Made by a program: the position numbers and the translations under genes. Under the pieces are notes generated by a model. That model had not been told where the DNA came from. It saw nothing but the letters and a program-made list of their open reading frames with translations, and ran no database searches. Below are positions 58,001 to 64,000 of a DNA stretch of 64,000 bases, one piece after another. Source of the DNA: Eledone cirrhosa (lineage: Eukaryota); assembly GCA_964016885.1 (NCBI GenBank), contig OZ024745.1, positions 4,340,001-4,404,000 of the forward strand, in the 5' to 3' direction. How positions within the stretch are numbered: position 1 is the stretch's first letter; every line of letters begins with the position of its first letter.

Positions 58001-61000
58001 CAGTAATGGAATAAGGTTATATTGGGAGTACAGTAATGGAATAAGGTTATATTGGAAGTACAGTAATGGAATAAGGTTATATTGGGAGTACAGTAATGGA
58101 ATAAAGTATATTGGAAGTACAGTAATGGAATAAGGTTATATTGGAAGTACAGCAATGGAATAAACTATATTGGAAGTACCGTAATGGAATAAGGTTATAT
58201 TTGAAGTACCGTAATGGAATAAGGTTATATTTGTAGTACCGTAATGGAATAAGGTTATATTGGGGGTACTGTAATGGAATAAGGTTATATTGGAAGTACA
58301 GTAATGGAATAAAATATATTGGAAGTACTGTAATGGAATAAGGTTATATTGGAAGTACAGTAATGGAATAAGGTTATATTGGAAGTACAGTAATGGAATA
58401 AGGTATATTGGAAGTACGGCAATGGAATAAGGTTATATTGGAAGTACAGTAATGGAATAAAGTATATTGGAAGTACTGTAATGGAATAAGGTTATATTGG
58501 AAGTACAGTAATGGAATAAGGTTATATTGGAAGTACAGTAATGGAATAAGGTTATATTGGAAGTACAGTAATGGAATAAGGTTATATTGGGGGTACAGTA
58601 ATGGAATAAGGTTATATTGGAAGTACAGTAATGGAATAAGGTTATATTTGAAGTACCGTAATGGAATAAGGTTATATTGGAAGTATAGCAATGGAATAAG
58701 GTATATTGGAAGTACAGGTAATGGAATAAGGTTATATTGGAAGTACAGTAATGGAATAAAGTATATTGGAAGTACTGTAATGGAATAAGGTTATATTGGA
58801 AGTACAGTAATGGAATATGGTTATATTGGAATTACAGTAATGGAGTAAGGTTATATTGGAAGTACAGTAATGGAATAAGGTTATATTGGAAGTACAGTAA
58901 TGGAATAAAGTATATTGGAAGTACAGTAATGGAATAAGGTTATATTGGAAGTATAGCAATGGAATAAGGTTATATTGGGAGTACAGTAATGGAATAAGGT
59001 TATATTGGAAGTACAGTAATGGAATAAGGTTATATTGGGAGTACAGTAATGGAATAAGGTTATATTGGAAGTACAGTAATGGAATAAGGTTATATTGGGA
59101 GTACAGTAATGGAATAAAGTATATTGGAAGTACAGTAATGGAATAATGTTATATTGGGAGTACAGTAATGGAATAAGGTTATATTGGAAGTACAGTAATG
59201 GAATAAAGTATATTGGAAGTACAGTAATGGGATAAGGTTATATTGGAAGTACAGTAATGGAATAAGGTTATATTGGATGTACAGTAATGGAATAAGGTTA
59301 TATTGGGAGTACAGTAATGGAATAAGGTTATATTGGAAGTACAGTAATGGAATAAAGTATATTGGAAGTACAGTAATGGAATAAGGTTATATTGGTAGTA
59401 CAGTAATGGAATAAGGTTATATTGGAAGTACAGTAATGGAATAAAGTATATTGGAAGTACAGTAATGGAATAAGGTTACATTGGAAGTACCGTAATGGAA
59501 TAAGGTTATATTGGAAGTACAGTAATGGAATAAGGTTATATTGGAAGTACAGTAATGGAAGAAGGTTATATTGGGAGTACAGTAATGGAATAAGGTTATA
59601 TTGGAAGTACAGTAATGGAATAAGGTTATATTGGAAGTACAGTAATGGAATAAAGTATATTGGAAGTACAGTAATGGAATAAGGTTATATTGGAAGTACA
59701 GTAATGGAATAAGGTTATATTGGAAGTACAGTAATGGAATAAGGTCATATTGGAAGTACAGTAATGGAATAAGGTTATATTTGAAGTACAGTAATGGAAT
59801 AAGGTTATATTGGAAGTATAGTAATGGAATAAAGTATATTGGAAGTACAGTAATGGAATAAGGTTATATTGGAAGTACAGTAATGGAATAAGGTTATATT
59901 GGAAGTACAGTAATGGAATAAGGTTATATTGGAAGTACAGTAATGGAATAAGGTTATATTGGAAGTACAGTAATGGAATAAAGTATATTGGAAGTACAGT
60001 AATGGAATAAGGTTATATTGGAAGTACAGTAATGGAATAAGGTTATATTGGAAGTACAGTAATGGAATAAGGTTATATTGGAAGTACAGTAATGGAATAA
60101 GGTTATATTGGAAGTACCGTAATGGAATAACATTATATTGGAAGTATAGTAATGGAATAAGGTTATATTGGAAGTACAGTAATGGAATAAGGTTATATTG
60201 GAAGTACAGTAATGGAATAAGGTTATATTGGAAGTACAGTAATGGAATAAGGTTATATTGGAAGTACAGTAATGGAATAAGGTTATATTGGAAGTACAGT
60301 AATGGAATAAGGTTATATTGGAAGTACAGTAATGGAATAAGGTTATATTGGAAGTATAGTAATTGAATAAGGTTATATTGGAAGTACAGTAATGGAATAA
60401 GGTTATATTGGAAGTACAGTAATGGAATAAAGTATATTGGAAGTACAGTAATGGAATAAGGTTATATTGGAAGTATAGCAATGGAATAAGGTTATATTGG
60501 GAGTACAGTAATGGAATAAGGTTATATTGGAAGTACAGTAATGGAATAAGGTTATATTGGGAGTACAGTAATGGAATAAAGTATATTGGAAGTACAGTAA
60601 TGGAATAAGGTTATATTGGAAGTATAGCAATGGAATAAGGTTATATTGGGAGTACAGTAATGGAATAAGGTTATATTGGAAGTACAGTAATGGAATAAGG
60701 TTATATTGGGAGTACAGTAATGGAATAAAGTATATTGGAAGTACAGTAATGGAATAAGGTTATATTGGGAGTACAGTAATGGAATAAAGTATATTGGAAG
60801 TACAGTAATGGAATAAGGTTATATTGGGAGTACAGTAATGGAATAAGGTTATATTGGAAGTACAGTAATGGAATAAGGTTATATTGGGAGTACAGTAATG
60901 GAATAAAGTATATTGGAAGTACAGTAATGGAATAAGGTTATATTGGGAGTACAGTAATGGAATAAGGTTATATTGGAAGTACAGTAATGGAATAAAGTAT

Positions 61001-64000
61001 ATTGGAAGTACAGTAATGGGATAAGGTTATATTGGAAGTACAGTAATGGAATAAGGTTATATTGGAAGTACAGTAATGGAATAAGGTTATATTGGGAGTA
61101 CAGTAATGGAATAAAGTATATTGGAAGTACAGTAATGGAATAAGGTTATATTGGGAGTACAGTAATGGAATAAGGTTATATTGGAAGTACAGTAATGGAA
61201 TAAAGTATATTGGAAGTACAGTAATGGAATAAGGTTATATTGGAAGTACCGTAATGGAATAAGGTTATATTGGAAGTACAGTAATGGAATAAGGTTATAT
61301 TGGGAGTACAGTAATGGAATAAGGTTATATTGGAAGTACAGTAATGGAATAAGGTTATATTGGAAGTACAGTAATGGAATAAGGTTATATTGGAAGTACA
61401 GTAATGGAATAAGGTTATATTGGAAGTACAGTAATGGAATAAGGTTATATTTGAAGTACAGTAATGGAATAAAGTATATTGGAAGTACTGTAATGGAATA
61501 AGGTTATATTGGGGGTACAGTAATGGAATAAGGTTATATTGGAAGTACAGTAATGGAATATGGTTATATTGGAAGTACAGTAATGGAATAAGGTTATATT
61601 TGAAGTACAGTAATGGAATAAAGTATATTGGAAGTACAGTAATGGAATAAGGTTATATTGGAAGTACAGTAATGGAATAAGGTTATATTGGGAGTACAGT
61701 AATGGAATAAGGTTATATTGGAAGTACAGTAATGGAATAAGGTTATATTGGAAGTACAGTAATGGAATAAGGTTATATTGGAAGTACAGTAATGGAATAA
61801 GGTTATATTGGGAGTACAGTAATGGAATAAGGTTATATTGGAAGTACAGTAATGGAATAAAGTATATTGGAAGTACCGTAATGGAATAAGGTTATATTGG
61901 AAGTACAGTAATGGAATAAGGTTATATTGGGAGTACAGTAATGGAATAAGGTTATATTGGAAGTACAGTAATGGAATAAAGTATATTGGAAGTACCGTAA
62001 TTGAATAAGTTTATATTGGAGGTACAGTAATGGAATATGGTTATATTGGGAGTACAGTAATGGAATAAGGTTATATTGGAAGTACAGTAATGGAATAAGG
62101 TTATATTGGGAGTACAGTAATGGAATAAGGTTATATTGGGAGTACAGTAATGGAATAAGGTTATATTGGAAGTACAGCAATGGAATAAACTATATTGGAA
62201 GTACCGTAATGGAATAAGGTTATATTGGGAGTACAGTAATGGAATAAGGGTATATTGGGAGTACAGTAATGGAATAAGGTTATATTGGAAGTACAGCAAT
62301 GGAATAAACTATATTGGAAGTACCGTAATGGAATAAGGTTATATTTGAAGTACCGTAATGGAATAAGGTTATATTTGTAGTACCGTAATGGAATAAGGTT
62401 ATATTGGGGGTACTGTAATGGAATAAGGTTATATTGGAAGTACAGTAATGGAATAAAGTATATTGGAAGTACTGTAATGGAATAAGGTTATATTGGAAGT
62501 ACAGTAATGGAATAAGGTTATATTGGAAGTACAGTAATGGAATAAGGTATATTGGAAGTACAGCAATGGAATAAGGTTATATTGGAAGTACAGTAATGGA
62601 ATAAAGTATATTGGAAGTACTGTAATGGAATAAGGTTATATTGGAAGTACAGTAATGGAATAAGGTTATATTGGAAGTACAGTAATGGAATAAGGTTATA
62701 TTGGAAGTACAGTAATGGAATAAGGTTATATTGGGGGTACAGTAATGGAATAAGGTTATATTGGAAGTACAGTAATGGAATAAGGTTATATTTGAAGTAC
62801 CGTAATGGAATAAGGTTATATTGGAAGTATAGCAATGGAATAAGGTATATTGGAAGTACAGCAATGGAATAAGGTTATATTGGAAGTACAGTAATGGAAT
62901 AAAGTATATTGGAAGTACTGTAATGGAATAAGGTTATATTGGAAGTACAGTAATGGAATATGGTTATATTGTAAGTAAAGTAATGGAATAAAGTATATTG
63001 GAAGTACAGTAATGGAATAAGGTTATATTGGAAGTATAGCAATGGAATAAGGTTATATTGGGAGTACAGTAATGGAATAAGGTTATATTGGAAGTACAGT
63101 AATGGAATAAGGTTATATTGGGAGTACAGTAATGGAATAAAGTATATTGGAAGTACAGTAATGGAATAAGGTTATATTGGAAGTATAGCAATGGAATAAG
63201 GTTATATTGGGAGTACAGTAATGGAATAAGGTTATATTGGAAGTACAGTAATGGAATAAGGTTATATTGGGAGTACAGTAATGGAATAAAGTATATTGGA
63301 AGTACAGTAATGGAATAAGGTTATATTGGAAGTATAGCAATGGAATAAGGTTATATTGGGAGTACAGTAATGGAATAAGGTTATATTGGAAGTACAGTAA
63401 TGGAATAAGGTTATATTGGGAGTACAGTAATGGAATAAAGTATATTGGAAGTACAGTAATGGAATAAGGTTATATTGGAAGTACAGTAATGGAATAAGGT
63501 TATATTGGAAGTACAGTAATGGAATAAGGTTATATTGGAAGTACAGTAATGGAATAAGGTTATATTGGAAGTACAGTAATGGAATAAGGTTATATTTGAA
63601 GTACAGTAATGGAATAAAGTATATTGGAAGTACAGTAATGGAATAAGGTTATATTGGGGGTACAGTAATGGAATAAGGTTATATTGGAAGTACAGTAATG
63701 GAATATGGTTATATTGGGAGTACAGTAATGGAATAAGGTTATATTGGAAGTACAGTAATGGAATAAGGTTATATTGGGAGTACAGTAATGGAATAAGGTT
63801 ATATTGGGAGTACAGTAATGGAATAAGGTTATATTGGAAGTACAGTAATGGAATAAGGTTATATTGGAAGTACAGTAATGGAATAAGGTTATATTGGAAG
63901 TACAGTAATGGAATAAGGTTATATTGGGAGTACAGTAATGGAATAAGGTTATATTGGAAGTACAGTAATGGAATAAAGTATATTGGAAGTACCGTAATGG
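40064..64000. repeat. 29/30-bp satellite in TARS1 intron 11, >=23.9 kb (about 800 units; runs off the window end)
   Basis: Consensus GTACAGTAATGGAATAAGGTTATATTGGAA with the 29-bp variant ...GGAATAAAGTATATTGGAA; no exon or unique sequence seen within it. Confidence 0.99.

Noticed and set aside
40085-63340. Dozens of ORFs of YFQYNLIPLL, HYCTSNITLF or YWKYSNGIRL repeats
   Set aside because: They are frame-preserving translations of the 30-bp unit, broken at each 29-bp variant, with no coding signature.

Overview
AT-rich, repeat-dense eukaryotic DNA. The tRNA-derived SINEs, RTE LINEs with (TGA)n tails and (TA)n microsatellites look like those of a cephalopod such as Octopus; this is an inference, not a database result. 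The window holds the 5' half of one intron-rich gene on the + strand: cytosolic threonyl-tRNA synthetase (TARS1-like). I reconstructed 11 coding exons (9435-39586, 1158 nt = 386 codons) with consistent splice phases. They cover the N-terminal extension, TGS domain, editing domain and the start of the catalytic core; the rest lies beyond the window. Upstream is a 26-bp satellite (1-5702). Intron 11 is filled by a >=24-kb 29/30-bp satellite that begins about 85 bp after a Helitron-like 5' end. The other introns hold RTE LINE copies (one family has a PHD finger inside the RT), SINEs, MITEs, Tc1/mariner remnants, a small Helitron and 73-, 41-, 55-, 29- and 23-bp minisatellites. The most notable points are: oppositely oriented sister LINE copies bracketing in-frame exon blocks; a templated copy of the exon-7 splice acceptor inside a LINE tail in intron 9; a duplicated stop-containing acceptor at exon 9; a probable GC-AG first intron; and tandem arrays that appear to have arisen from transposon sequence. 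The long ORFs listed in the satellites are artefacts, and there is no CRISPR or other prokaryotic system. Repeat boundaries are approximate; exon boundaries were counted base by base.
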